A stretch of DNA of 64,000 nucleotides from the human T2T-CHM13v2.0 reference genome, Homo sapiens (GCF_009914755.1 NC_060925.1); one strand, 5' to 3'. Shown: positions 43,707 to 58,006, numbered from the stretch's first letter. Program-made: numbers and translations. Notes: generated by a model not told the origin, from the letters alone.

Positions 43707-45000
43707 TAATTATTCTTGCATGTGCTTTTTTAAGGCTGTGTACCTAAACATCATGTGGTTGGTTTTTTTTTGGAGAAAACCATTTTGTGAATGCTTTTGG
43801 ATACAAATAATTGCTTTCCACTCTGAATTAAGGTATGTGAAAACACCTGGCACAGAGCCCAGGCACTGTTTCCTTTGCCCTCCCCATCTGGTGCTGCCCT
43901 CCCCATGCCTGAGGAGCTGTGGGCTGCTTGCTTACAGCTCAGCCACATAGGATCTTGGAAGAGTTCAAATTTCTCCAAGATCTCCAGTGTGTGATTTTCA
44001 CTCTTGCTAAGTGTGTCTCTCCAGCAGCATTTCCTCATAAGGAAAGAAGGTAGTTATATCTGTCAGTTACAATTAGCTGTAGAATTGTGCTGTTTTACCC
44101 GAGAAATCCTCTTCTCCAGTTATACTAACCAAGTTTTTCCTGTACTAATATCCATATAGAAACTTAAGCTCTTGACCTGAATTTTTCTGGCTGTTCATTT
44201 CTCCTTTTTCCACTTACTTAATTACAAATGGATTCGTGTCATGAAGGGTAATCATTAGTTCTCACTGACATATGATGCTGAGTTATTGCTGGTAAAATAT
44301 TTCACTGCCCTGCCTTATTGTTATTGTTTGAAAATGTAAAGTAATGCTTATAGGCAATCAATATCTCATGCTACCTCAGGACAGAAATTGAATCCTGACC
44401 AATGACTTTCAGTTTAATTTAACCTTCATCTAGTTAAAAGTGGAGACTGAAAACTTTTACATGAACTCAAGATAATTTTTAGATTAGGGAAGTTCTGATG
44501 ATTCCTGTAATTTTAATTACAGTAGCTCATATCTGACCCTCAGTTTTCTTCACTAATCATTTGGGTTGTAAAGCTATAGTTAGGCTCATTAGACAGAGTG
44601 CAGAAGTGCAGATATAGTGTCTAGGAAGATATAAATGTCCATTGAAGAACTAGCCATGGAAGAACTATCCTTGCTCAGGGAAGAACTAGCCTTAACTAGG
44701 TCTGGTGGCTTGCTTCAGGACCTATTTAAATACTAGCACGTTTGCTATTACATTTTCCATTATTCTGAAAAAATTATTAAATAACAATATCCGTTTGACA
44801 TGAATTGCCTTTTATATTCCTTACTGATTTAAAGTAAAATTGGGGTAACATATGATTTTTATAGACTCTCACTCTGTTCTCATTAAGAAGGCATTACTGA
44901 AGATAAATTTTAGGTGGGACCAATTACAGACTAATGCAGTTATATAGTCATTGTGATCTAGCTGAAGACCAGGAGTCTTTTAATCAGTTAAAAACCTCTG

Positions 45001-45092
45001 CAGCCTGGGCGACAGAGTAAGACTCCCTCCATCTCAAAAACAAAAAAACAAACAAAACAAAACAAAACAAAAACAAACAAACAAACAAAAAA
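45001..45092 (+). mobile_element. Extremely 5'-truncated Alu (35 bp plus A-rich tail)
   Basis: cagcctgggcgacagagtaagactcc...atctc, (CAAAA)n tail, TSD aaaaac(c)ctctg. Confidence 0.85.
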
Positions 45093-46222
45093 AAACCCTC
45101 TGAAGTCTCTCATGCACTATTCTGTGTTCTGCAAAACGTTGGCCCTAATTCCCTGAAATAAAAAGTGAGGAATTGATCTTCAGTAAGAGTCTTTTGAATG
45201 CTTATTATGTGCCTATCACTTTGCAAATTAGATTATGTATCAAAAGGAGGTTTAGAGTAGTTCTTGAGCTCAAAATTATATTCTTCTGAGGAAAGATATG
45301 ACACAAAACAATAAAAAAACAGCATAAGGCTAGAAAAATAAAATAAAATGCGAAACTGAACACAATCAGGTACCCAAACTGCCTGTATTTGTAATGTGAA
45401 GTCCAAAGGGGAATAATCTGTGTTGAAAGGTAGTACCCAGGAAGAGTTTATGAAAGAAGTATCATTTGAGATGGGCCCCAGAGTACGACAGAATTTGAGA
45501 AGACAGAGAAAAAGGTGGAAGATGTGTCTGGAGAAAGAATGGCATGAATAAACACTTGAAGACATGAGAGATTCTGAAATTTTCAGGGAATAGCTTGGGC
45601 AGAGGGTTGACTAAAGAGGCTAAAGAGGCAAGATGTGCTAAAGAGGCAAGATTCCAAAAGATCTCAAATGGTAAAAATCAAAAGTTTGCAATGGACATCG
45701 TCAGAAATATTGGGCTGGAGAGGGAGATCAGGAAGGGATCAGTACATGTTGTCGAGAAATAAGTGACATGATGTGCAATTATGTATGTGCTCACCACTCT
45801 ATACTCAACGCCCAGAGCCCCAGGATACAGAGGGTGTTATTTTGGCAACTCAAATTGACAGGAAGCATTGCTGTCAGGGACCTGATTTTTCAAAACACTA
45901 AACAATTCTTTATAAAGTTCCCAACAAAACAAAGTATAGTCTTCTCTCAATTTACATGATAGTTGCATTTCCGGAAAATTCAATGCATTGCCTAAATCTT
46001 TGGTGTTTCTGGATAAAACAGGATTAGGATCCAGCCCAGATAATTTCACCTACCTGAATGTGCAGCAAAAGACTGAAAAATCATGTAGGATGTGGGATCA
46101 TTGTTCAGTGCATAGGATTCTCGCAAGAACTGTAGGATGTTTAACATTGCTGGTCCTATGAACACCGTGAAACATCCTCACAAATTTTTTAATTGGTCAC
46201 CTTCCCCCTAGTAACTATTGCT

Positions 46223-46537
46223 TTATTTCTATATTAGTGACCATATAAGTTACATACCCTAATTTGCCTTTTTTGGTTAAAATTTTAATTGTTGCTTTAT
46301 TTGTTTTTACTTGCTAAATAGAATATTTAAAATGTATTTTCTCTGGAATGTTAGATTCTGTGGGTTTAAGAGGTAGTAAATTATTTCTTTATTGGTTACT
46401 ATATAAGTTACATATCCTAATTTCTCTTTTTCTGTTAAAATTTTAGTTGTTGTCTTGTTTTTTTTTTTTTGCTAAATAGAATATTCAAAGTGTATTTTCT
46501 CTAGAAAGATAGATTCAGTGGGTTAAGAGGTAGTAAT
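46223..46537. repeat. Diverged 158-bp tandem duplication
   Basis: Copies at 46223-46380 and 46381-46537 align end to end. Confidence 0.92.
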
Positions 46538-49246
46538 TTTTTTTTTTTTCAATTTAGCCAACAATTGCTAAGCCTCTACCGACTGCCAGCCTCCATGCAG
46601 ACGAGCTATGGCCATTGAGCTCACAGAGCTAGCTGATAACCCATCAGGAAAGGAATGTGATAAGGTGTGTAGGGAGAATTTGAGAGATGACAAAGCATTG
46701 TAGAGGGTTGAGGGAAGATCAGGGAAAATGACAGAGATCATCACATTTGAGTTAGTGCTTAAAGAATAATTTTAACAGGATTTAAGAGTGTACTTCTTTA
46801 TAACAGAAAGTTGAATTTGAAATGACTCTCAAATCCTATTCATTATATAGGCTTTGCAGTGAATTACCAAATGGTATATTTTGAGATGAAAAAGCTTCTT
46901 TGTTATCTCCCACCCCAAAATAGTTTTTCCTTTTTTTTTCCTTTTTGCAGTTCTCCATCATTTGTTTTTTCATATTTAGATCTGGTCTTCCTAAAGAGTT
47001 TATGAGGATAGAAACTGTGCCATATACTTTACTGGATCTCCTGTAGTGCTAGGCATATTGGACCTTAGATATTTTCAAAATAATGTACGTAGGAATGAAT
47101 AAGCTATTCTTAGGCGCAAATTGTTTGTTTATTCTTTTTGTATTAGCATTTCCTAGGAAAGTGAAGTCAGGATGTTAGTAATGAGGACACCAAGAGGATG
47201 TCCCCGCTAGTCTCTCGGCATGCTGGCCAGACCCTGGTTGTGCTCTGTCTGAGTCCACAGAATCACATTGCTTTTCTCCTAGTCCCTATCTGTAGGTAAG
47301 AGAAAATGTGGAAAGTCGATGTTTGCTCTGGAAGTTATAGAAATTTCCACTCAGAAGGTCCTTCTTTCTGAAGAAATGTTTGTTTTTTTTTAATTCAGGT
47401 CCAATTTGGACAAGATACTCTTGCTTTTTCGAGTCAGTTGAAGAGCAAGATAACAGGTGAAAAGTATTTCAAGAGTTTAGATCAAACTTGATAATATTTG
47501 TAAAAACATGAACTGTAAAGTATTACAGAAATTGTTATTCTTTTGTTGTTATTAAGATTGAAGGAGGAGCAGAATCATCCCATAATTACTCCTGGGGGTC
47601 TGAGTCTTGTGTTTGATTAGCTTTAACTCACATTTTGTTATTGTAGTTATCAGATGGATTTGGATATTTGTAAGATATAAAGGTGTCTATTCTTTAAGAA
47701 GTCAAGTTGAATCATATAAGATAAAGAGATCTTGAAGGGAGCTTCACTAGCTGTGAAGTTGTCCAATCTCTATAAGTGACACATTTCTCATCAGAAAAAT
47801 GATCTGTATTTCCCAGGGTGTTGAAGAGTTCCTTTAGTGGGTTTGAAGGGTACAGCATGGTGCCTGACCTGTAGTAGGTGGTCCATAAATGTTAGCTATA
47901 AAATATTACTATTATTTAAAAGGTTATTTAAAACCCTGAATTCAGCAGACATTTATTGAACACCTACTGTGTGTCAGGCACTGTTTTAAGAGCTAGAAAA
48001 AAGCCATAAAGCAAACAAAGATTCCTGTGCTTGAGGAACTCAGGTTTTAACTGGGGAGATGGATAAGCAATACCCAAAGTAAATAAGTAAATTATGTGGC
48101 AGATTACAAGATTATTAGGGCCATGGACCAAAGGAAAGGCAAAGCAGGGTAAGGGGGATCAGGCATGTCCAAGAAGAAGAGGTGAGATTTAAGCAAGGAC
48201 TTGAGGGAGGTGACAGCATTAATTGTGTCTCATCTCCTCAGTCAAGAGTTGATGTTTCAAATGGCAAGATAAATGACTGTAAAAATGCCTGATGTTCTTA
48301 ACTATTAGACTTAAACCATACGAAAAACTGTACGCTTTTTCTTTTCTCGTTCTCCACGAAGTAAGAAAATACTGTCCCTTTCTTTTTCCCCTCAATGACA
48401 ATAAAATAAGTATCCCTGATGATATTATCAAATCCTTTTTAGAAGCTGTTTCCTTTACTTCCTAATGGATTTAGCTCTAATCCAAACCAGAAGCACATTT
48501 TGAGTCTTTTCTGATATGACATTATTACAGTGAGTGGTTTCTATTTTTCTTCTAAGTGTTGCTTGAACACAGGAAAGGAATGTGAGAAGACCTCTTGCCA
48601 CAGCTGAAGTATATATTAGAGTACATTATTTAGTAAACGGTAGACAGTTCTTTCCTTGAAACTCATTTGAACATTTATTGTAATGTGAACTAAGTTTTTT
48701 CAATTCCTAATTAGAGATGGTAGTTTTTCTGTATTTTAAAATTGGATATCACATCCATGTACATATATACAAACACACATAAATTTCTCAGATATTAAAA
48801 TGGGATGTCACTAATATGCATATATGTATATGCATCTATATATACATATGTGGATATGTGTAGATATACACATATGCATAGTTTAGTTGATTAGGTTAAT
48901 TATCTCTTAATTAATTTCTTAATTATTTCAAAGAATTGGGGAAACCAGCAGTTTTTATAGTTAAATATTCCTTGAAATGAAATTAATTGTGGCATTGGTA
49001 CAAGTCAAAATAATTCAGTGTTTTGGTAGTGGTAGTATCTGTGATAGTCTTAGGCTTAGATATTGCAGTGACAAAGTATCCAGTGGTAGAGTTGATGAAA
49101 TTGTATTTTTATAGACGTATTTGAGGCTATTATGCTTTTATCATCAAAATATAATATTCATATAGTTCATTACATGGCAAATGCACATGTATGATTAGTG
49201 AGCCTGGATTAGTAGCCTTGCTACTCTTGTACTTATTCAGCCACCT

Positions 49247-49921
49247 TAAAACATAATGTCAACTTTTATTTTAGATCAGGGGGCATATATGCACGTTTGT
49301 TACATGGGTAGATTGCATGATGCTGAGGTTTGGAGTATGAATTATCCTGTCACCCCGGTAGTGAACATAGTACCCATAGTATCCAGTAGGTAGTTTTTCA
49401 GCCCTTCTCCCTTCCTTTACTTCCCCATCTAGTAGCCCCCAGTGGCTATTGTCATCTTTATGTTCATGAGTACCCAATGTTTAGCTCCCACTTATAAGTG
49501 GGAACGTGCAGTATTTGGTTTGCTGTTCCTGTGTTAATTCACTTAGGATAATGGCCTCCAGCTCTGTCCATGTTGCTGCAAAGGACACGATTTTGTTCTT
49601 TTTATGGCTGCATAGTATTCCATGGTGTGTAGCTATCATGTTTTCTTTATCCAATTTACTGTTGATGGGCACCCAGGTTGATTCCATGTCTTTGTTACTG
49701 TGAACAGTGCTGCGATGAACATATGAGTGCATGTGTCTTTTTGGTAGAGCAATTTATTTTCCTTTGGGTATATGCCCAGTAATGGGATTGCTGGGCCGAA
49801 TGGTAGTTCTGTTTTAAGTTCTTTGAGAAATATCCAAACTGCTTTCCACAGTGGCTGAACTAATTTACATTCCCACCAACAGTGTATAAGCCTTCCCTTT
49901 CCTCTGCAGGCTTGCCAGCAT
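49247..49921 (-). mobile_element. 5'-truncated older L1PA (L1PA16-like) 3' end
   Basis: L1 3'UTR; TSD cttattcagccac(c/t)t at 49232-49246 and 49922-49936. Confidence 0.9.
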
Positions 49922-50129
49922 CTTATTCAGCCACTTCTAGAGTTCATTATTACTTTGTCTGAATTGTTTGTACCAAAGTTACTTAAAAAGCCAGTATTAT
50001 TTCATTGAACTCATTGTGCTGTTGTACCTTTTTTTCTTTGTCTTTTTAAGATGAGTTGGAATATAGTATGTAAAAATGACACATAAGTTAGATTTGGCAT
50101 CTGAAGGAGTAAACCAAATATTTACTGGC

Positions 50130-50350
50130 AATAGAGTGTGCCATAGCATTTGAGAGCATTGGAATGAGCCTGAATACCTGGGTTCAAATCTCACCTTGCC
50201 ACTTACTACCTGGACAACCTTGGGGAAGTTAATTAGCCTTCTAGGCTTTACTTTCCTCATCTGCGAAATTATAAAAATAGTAGTACCTACCTTACTGCAT
50301 TGTTTTAAGAATTAAGTGAGTTGCTATTTGTAAAGCACTTAGTACAGTGT
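50130..50350 (+). mobile_element. MIR
   Basis: cctgggttcaaatctcaccttgccacttactacc core. Confidence 0.8.
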
Positions 50351-50389
50351 TTATTAAATAGATATAAATAAATACCCCAGCAAGTCTAA

Positions 50390-50701
<312 letters not shown>

Positions 50702-53700
50702 AAAAAGAGTTATCTTTTAAAGATACGTACTTACATCTTTATTGATGAAATGATGGGATGTCTTAGATTTGTTTGAAAGTAATCTGGTCAGAGAGTGGGA
50801 CATGAAGTGGTGAGACAGTAGGTGGATCAAGATGGCTCATGGGCTGATAACCATTGAAGTGGAATATAGGATTTATTATACTACTAGGCCTACTTTATGT
50901 AAGCTTGAAATTTTCCAAATAAAAAGTCAAAACAAAAAAAGGACAGTTCACTTCTTCCAATGTTCTTTCCTTTTTTTTCTTTTCTTTTTCTCCCCTAAAT
51001 CTGGCATATCATTCCTGTCTTTTGGGGTATAGTTCAAATGCTACCTGTTGTGAAGCCTCCTTGATAACCCCAGCCACATCTCATCTCTTCTCTTCTGACT
51101 CATGCAGCCCCCTGGACTCTTCTTGAGCACCTATACATGTTGTGGCTTTGTATTTATTCCTGAGTGTCTTTTCCTTCTTCCAGGCTAACCTCCAAGTGGA
51201 TTAGGATCATGTTAGTGACTTCCAGGGCAGATACCTTTCTCACAGTAGGTGCCCATCAAACCTTTGTTGAAAAAATGACATTTATTGACTATAATCTAGA
51301 AAGAGCAAAAGCAATTATTTTGTGTGTCACAATTACTACTAAAGTACTGTGTTTGGGGATGAAAGGTTGTTATTCGAATTTTTTAGTGGTAGTTTGAAAT
51401 AGGAATACCTGTGGCTTTATATTAAAATGTTTTTGCTATTTGGGGGCATTTCTTTTTATTCTTTTCAAAGACTTCATTTAGGAAGTTAATGTTGTTCCAG
51501 GCGATTAGCAAAGTTACAAATATGTCCTTCTAATTCTGGCATGTTGAGAATCTGAACATGTGAAATACTTGTGTTCTATTTTATGGTTATGGAAAGTAAG
51601 ATTTTTTTCATCTGTGGGCCCACATTATTTTTTCTATTTACTGACTTAAATGATGCAGAGAAGAGTCTAGTATGAAACTGGAAAAAGTTAACAATGAAAA
51701 CCTAAATCACAGAACTTTGTTTTGCTTTAGGATACGTCCTGAAACCATGGGAATAAATTATAATTTTAGCCATCCTCCCCTCCCTCATAACATAGATAAG
51801 CTTTTCTTTAGGCATGTTCTTAAAACACCATATGTAAAACACCTGTTGGTAAGTTAAAGAATATTTTAAACCCAAGGATTTTATATCTATTAAACATATT
51901 CTTAAATGAAATGATTTTATAAAGCAAAGACTATTTTAGAGCAAAGAATTCTCCTTAACCTCTCATTTAAATGTTTTGCAAGTTTGCTTGTTTATCAGTT
52001 GAACTTATCTAAGGTGAATACTTCATTCATTTTAGTCTCTTCTCCACAACAAATCATTTTTGTTGAACTTCGATGGAAGTCAAGTAGTGAAATTGGGCTA
52101 CCTTGAGTTTCACTTCGGCCTCCTTTCTATTTCCATCCTCAATGGAGGTGCTAATTATAAGTGAAATAGTTTAAAACTGATACTAAGAGCAAAAAGTGCC
52201 AAAGAACATAGGTAATCTATAAACTAAATAATCAAATTCAAGAATGGGGTTATATTGCCTGAAGGCATTATTGCCATGACTTTCTCACTTGCAATGGAGA
52301 GTTAAAAAAAAACTCTGCTTTTGATTTTTCTCCACTTGCTGCTCTGTTACCACCCCAGTGGCATGTTCTCATTAACCCAATTCCTTGACCTTTGGCTATT
52401 ACACTGAAGAATTCAAATTCACAAGATGTGAATTGCCTCATTCATATCTACAAGGTTTGAATCGTGGTTAAGACTTAGACCGGGTGTCTGATTATGAACA
52501 GGCTGTAAGTGAGAGTGGGTGTTCCTTTGTGAAGATCTGTACTTGCTCAGCTGTATTGCTTCGTTGACTCATTTAGAGTTTCTATAGTACTTAGGACAAT
52601 GATTCTCAGCACAGTCATTGTGGCCTATCATGCTATCTTTGGCTGACAAAAGTGATTCTGAGATAATTTAAAAGTAAAGTAAAATTTTTATTTAAAAATA
52701 TAACACATGAAATAATTTAAGAAAAATGAAAGAGTAGGTATTAAAGATAAGACTTCCAACTCCCCAAAAGTAAAATTACTAACAGCTTGCAGAAGCTTTA
52801 ATGAAATTATTTTTAACACAGATTGAAAAAAACCATGTGAGATCATTTTTCTCTATAGATCATAATTCCTTGGGGATAGGGACCTTGTTTCCTATTCTGT
52901 TGTATCTCTCCATGGCAGTTAATAAGGTACTTTGTACAAATTGAAGAGACAGAAAATATTAAAATTCCTTTCTTTTTTTTTTTTTAGAAATTTGGAAAAC
53001 CTCAAATCTGTTGAGAAATTGGATTTTTGGAAATTTATTCATAAAAAATTATTGTAGCTGAAACTTACCTCTCTCAGATACCAAGCATGTTTCTGTAGAA
53101 GGATCTGCTGGACTACCTCTGTTTCCCTCATGAATTGGAGAGATTTGTGTTAAGTGACAGAGAGAAAGCAAGCCCTAATCTATTCCCTTCTTTTTCTGCA
53201 TGGGCGTGAACTCAGATTGTTTGATTTGCTACCCAGTGGAGAGCCAGGTGGCCATAACTTTATTTTCTTTTATATCATATTTTTATGTGAAAAGACATAC
53301 CATTAGTACCCTTAAGGAATAATCATATCGTTTTAATCCCTAGTGGTACTTGGGTACTGTTGGGACCTTCATCAAGCAGATTCCAACTACTTCAATGAAT
53401 GTATTTCTGACTTTTCAGGCTCAAGCTTTCTTTTTTTTTTAATATATGAAACAAAAGTATATGAACAAATGGAAATAACCAGTGGGAATGAATGATCCAT
53501 CTGATTAGATCCTTTGTCATTGTGGGAAATTATTACATTATTCCAACCTGTAGAAATTTCCTAAAATCCCCACATGGAGTCCCCTATGTTTTCTGTCAGA
53601 GTGTATGTAGTTATGCAAGTGCACTTAATTTTATGGAACATCCTCATGATTCAATCTGCTGCTCCCAAATCAAAACTAATATGCTTTTGGCTTATGTACT

Positions 53701-54089
53701 AGTTTGAATCATTTATATTATTCTGCTCACACTCAGTAAAACTAACATATCTTCAGGGTCTGCCATATGAAAGGTGCTGTTTTAGTTGTTCAAAGAAGCA
53801 AGGGCTGGAAGAAGTTAGACTGTTCTTCCTTTGCTATTGCTTTCAAATATCAAATCATCACAAGTTTGAGTGAAAAATAATTTAATGTATTGAGTAGCTA
53901 TGTTTTAAAAGTCTAGGGTTCTTTTTGTTGTTGCTCAGAGAGAAGAATTAAAGATTATATGATGTACTTTGATTAGTGCTGTCTACTGAAAATCCACACC
54001 ACTTTACATTATTTTGAATGTTTGAAAGCATGAAAGTGTTCACAGTTGAATGTTTCCAAGTAGTTGTCTTAATATTTTATCACTTAGAA

Positions 54090-54735
54090 GTCAGTTACAG
54101 ATAATGGAAATAATTCTAACTATTTAAGAAAAAAATAGAATAATAAAAACAAAAGCATTTACCATAAGGAATTAGGTGCTTACTAATCTAATCATTGGAC
54201 TCTAGACTGGGCCTCTAAGAATGGCTTCCAGAAAGGCACAGTGGACTGCGTGCCAGGGGCATTGCTTCCATTATTACTCCTAGGAAGCTAGGAACTAAAA
54301 AAGCCTGCATGTCAACTGCTGGTTTCAAATCACAGCACCCTAGCCACAACCAGGAGTCACGAAGCAACTGTTGTCTTCTGGGATATTCTACTTTAGCTGT
54401 GATTCAGGGATCAGACTGCTACCAGCATTGTTAGCTTCAGAGCTGTCTGCTGCCTGTTAGATTTGCACAAGCAAGACAAAACCTTGGGTGCTTCTTCTCT
54501 TCCGCTTAACTCTGAATTCAAGTTTTATGGAAGTGGCGCTCATGGTGAAACCCAAATTGGAATTCAAGTCTTATGGAAGTGCATCTTAATGGTGAAACCT
54601 AAATTGTGTTGAGAATGCTAGTTACAAGGGAGTCTGGGAAATGAGGTTTTTAGTTTTCTGGCATCTGCAGTGTAAGAAGGCAAATATGGAGATTGGAACA
54701 GAAGTTGAGCTGGCCAATGTGCTGTATCAGCCACA
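54090..54735 (-). mobile_element. Old LTR relic (MLT1/ERVL-type) with an internal 46-bp duplication
   Basis: Ends gagctggccaat...tatcagccaca; family uncertain. Confidence 0.4.
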
Positions 54736-56657
54736 GATGCTTTTGTGTTATTTCCTGTGATGGCTAGAAAACAAACTTAGAATCTGGCTGATTGAGTAAG
54801 GAAACAATTTTCAGATGTAAACCTTGTATATTACAGTCTCCAAGTAGATTTTTAAAATATATTTTTTTGTTTGCATTATCTGAGAATCCAGAAGAGCATC
54901 CAGTAATCAGTAATTACATAGTCAGATGTGCCAGGTGGAATGATTCAGGTATCTCTATGTATTTGTAGCTTGAATCCTGTATGTCTTCTGTTTAGAACTT
55001 AGCCATCTTTTGAAATTAAGCTTTTTTCCACTGGTGATTATGCTAGTGCATTTAATTGGGATTATTTTTTGGCACAGCGATCATTAATTAGAGCAAATGG
55101 AGCATAAGCAACGTTAGTTGAATAAATAATGAATTTAAAGAGTCTATGAAGGTTAAATAGCATACTCTGGAATGTTCTATGAAGTAATTTTTCCTTTCCA
55201 TGCTACATACTGTCAAGATAACTAGTCTAACCCAAGGTTAGATAGAAAACAATATGTAGAGTGTTTCCTGCAATATTTTCATGAAAAATATATGTGTAAA
55301 AATGTCTAGGATGGTCTAAGAGAAAATATTTATATTGATTACTGTGAATTAGAATAGATTTTTTGGTTTGTTTATATTAAAAACATTTAATCCCATGAGC
55401 ACATCATCTTATCAGAAAATGATTCCAAAAAGTTCTTCTGTGAGTTTTATCAACCAGGAGTTCTATTCAAAATACATAGGCAGAATAAATAGTAAAGTAA
55501 AAAAAAAACCTATGTGTCTTTTATTTCTCTGCTAACTTTGAATGGGTACATGTGATAGACTTTAATTATTTTGTGGCTAATTTATTGGAAATTGTTTTTT
55601 GGTTGGGAATACAATGTCTTTTGTTGATATCTCCCCAAGTCTCAGGTCATAATCATAAATTATTTATTTTATTGAAGGCAGTTATGATACCATCTTGTCA
55701 CTTTTCCTAATAATTGTATAATAATAAGTTGTATTCACATTATATTGATCTATTTACTTTTTCAGTTAATTCCGTATGAAACATTTGTTTACTAAGATAT
55801 CAAATCAACCACAAATTACCATTCATAGATAAAATGGAATTAATTCTTAATGATGTGGCCTTTTTAGGACATAGTTAAAATTCTTTAATTTTGTGATTAT
55901 GTTATTTAGTATACATTAAGTATAATGTAGAATATACTTATGATATTGGCCCTTCTTTCAGGAAATTAAAATTTAAGGAAATGGGCAATGTATGATGCTA
56001 TTTAATTATGAAAATTCTCCTGTGACGTTTTGTCTTTTCATGTTAGGCCTAAGCAGAGGGCCTAAAGGGTGTGGTTGTCAGTTACACTTGGGAAAATTTA
56101 TAGGAGTGGGAAATTCTCAAATGAGATCATAGGGGTCTCCAGGCAGAGGGCCAGGCTGAGCCACAAGCAGCTCCATAGAGCCAGGGTCAGGGAGCTGGAG
56201 AGTCAGGATGAAGGTCATGGGTAAAATATAATTCTGGGCATTCTGCTGAAATGGCAGACCTCTCGGTACAGTATAGATATGCAAATGCTAACACCCAGAG
56301 TGTCTGACTTTGATGTGCTGCCAAGCACCTTTGGCCTCCAGTGGGTGCTGACTGAATTGGAGAGATTCCAGATTCAGCAAAGATGTCTGTTAGCAGAGGA
56401 ACAGGATTAATGAAGGGATTTGTCCCTCTCTTACCTCAGTTTACTTAAGGAGAGGGTTTTATTAATTGGCGTGAAAACGTTGCATAACATTTTAGGAACT
56501 AAATCCTAGAATTTCTTTTAAAATAGTACATTTACAATAATTATCAAAGATTTTTTCTTTAAAATTATTTTTTCAGATCTAGAGTTATTTTAACTTTATT
56601 TTGAAATAATTTCAAACTTGTAGAAGAGTTGCAAGAAGAGTATTAAAACCCTCTTGT

Positions 56658-56993
<336 letters not shown>

Positions 56994-57020
56994 TTATCTC
57001 GTTTTGTCTCTGTCTCTCTC

Positions 57021-57022
<2 letters not shown>

Positions 57023-57058
<36 letters not shown>
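57023..57058. repeat. (CA)n microsatellite
   Basis: Read directly from the sequence. Confidence 0.97.
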
Positions 57059-57061
<3 letters not shown>

Positions 57062-57520
57062 CATTTAAGAGTTAATGGTCAATATCACACCCCTTTACTC
57101 CTAAACATTTCAGCATGTATTTCTTAAGAACAAGGACATTCTCTTATATAACCACATAGATATACAGCCCATATTCAAAATTTGCCTATTATCCCAATAA
57201 TATTTTTTAGAGCATATTTCCTCTTGGCCAAATAAGTCATGACTACATATTACCTTTAGTTGTCATGTCTTTTAAATTTTTAATCTGGAATAATCTCGTA
57301 ACTCCATTTTCTTTCATGACATTGATATTTTTGAAGGGTATATGCCACTTGTTTTATAGACCAATCCTTTATTTTGATTTGTCTGATTCAATATTTTTTA
57401 TCAATGACTTTATACTTTAATTTGAAAAACATGGAAATATATAAGGAAGAAAACATTCACCCTTGATCCTGCTGTCCAAGGATACTTCTGACATTTAGAC
57501 ATACTTCCATTTTTCCTATG

Positions 57521-57673
57521 ACTCATAAAATCAGTTACAAAATTGAACATACAGAATAATCCCATATTTTATACATATTAATACGTATAAAATATGTATA
57601 GTGTATACATATTAATATGTATAAAAATATGGGATTATTCTGTATGTTCAATTTTGTATCTGATTTTATGAGT
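57521..57673. repeat. AT-rich inverted repeat, 69/70-bp arms with a 14-bp spacer
   Basis: 57521-57589 is the reverse complement of 57604-57673 with 2 substitutions and a 1-nt indel. Confidence 0.95.
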
Positions 57674-57822
57674 ATTTTTCCATCTCATTAAATGCTCTTT
57701 GAAAGCATATTTTCCTGGCTCCCTAATGTTCTTTATTACAGTTACACTATCATTTATGTAAATACTCTCTTATCATTGGATATTTAAATTGTTTCTATTT
57801 TTCTTATTACAAAAACACTGTG

Positions 57823-57955
57823 ACTGCATGCAGTGGCTCACCTGTATAATCCCTGATAGTCAGGAGGCTGAGGTGGAAGGATCATTTAATGCTAGAGGTT
57901 TGAGATTAGCCTGGACAACAGAGTGAGACTCCATCTCTAAAAAAACAAAAAAGGA

Positions 57956-58003
<48 letters not shown>
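57823..58003 (+). mobile_element. Alu monomer (FLAM-like) followed by (CA)n
   Basis: gcagtggctcacctgt...gtgagactccatctctaaaaaaa, then (CA)n at 57956-58002. Confidence 0.8.
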
Positions 58004-58006
<3 letters not shown>

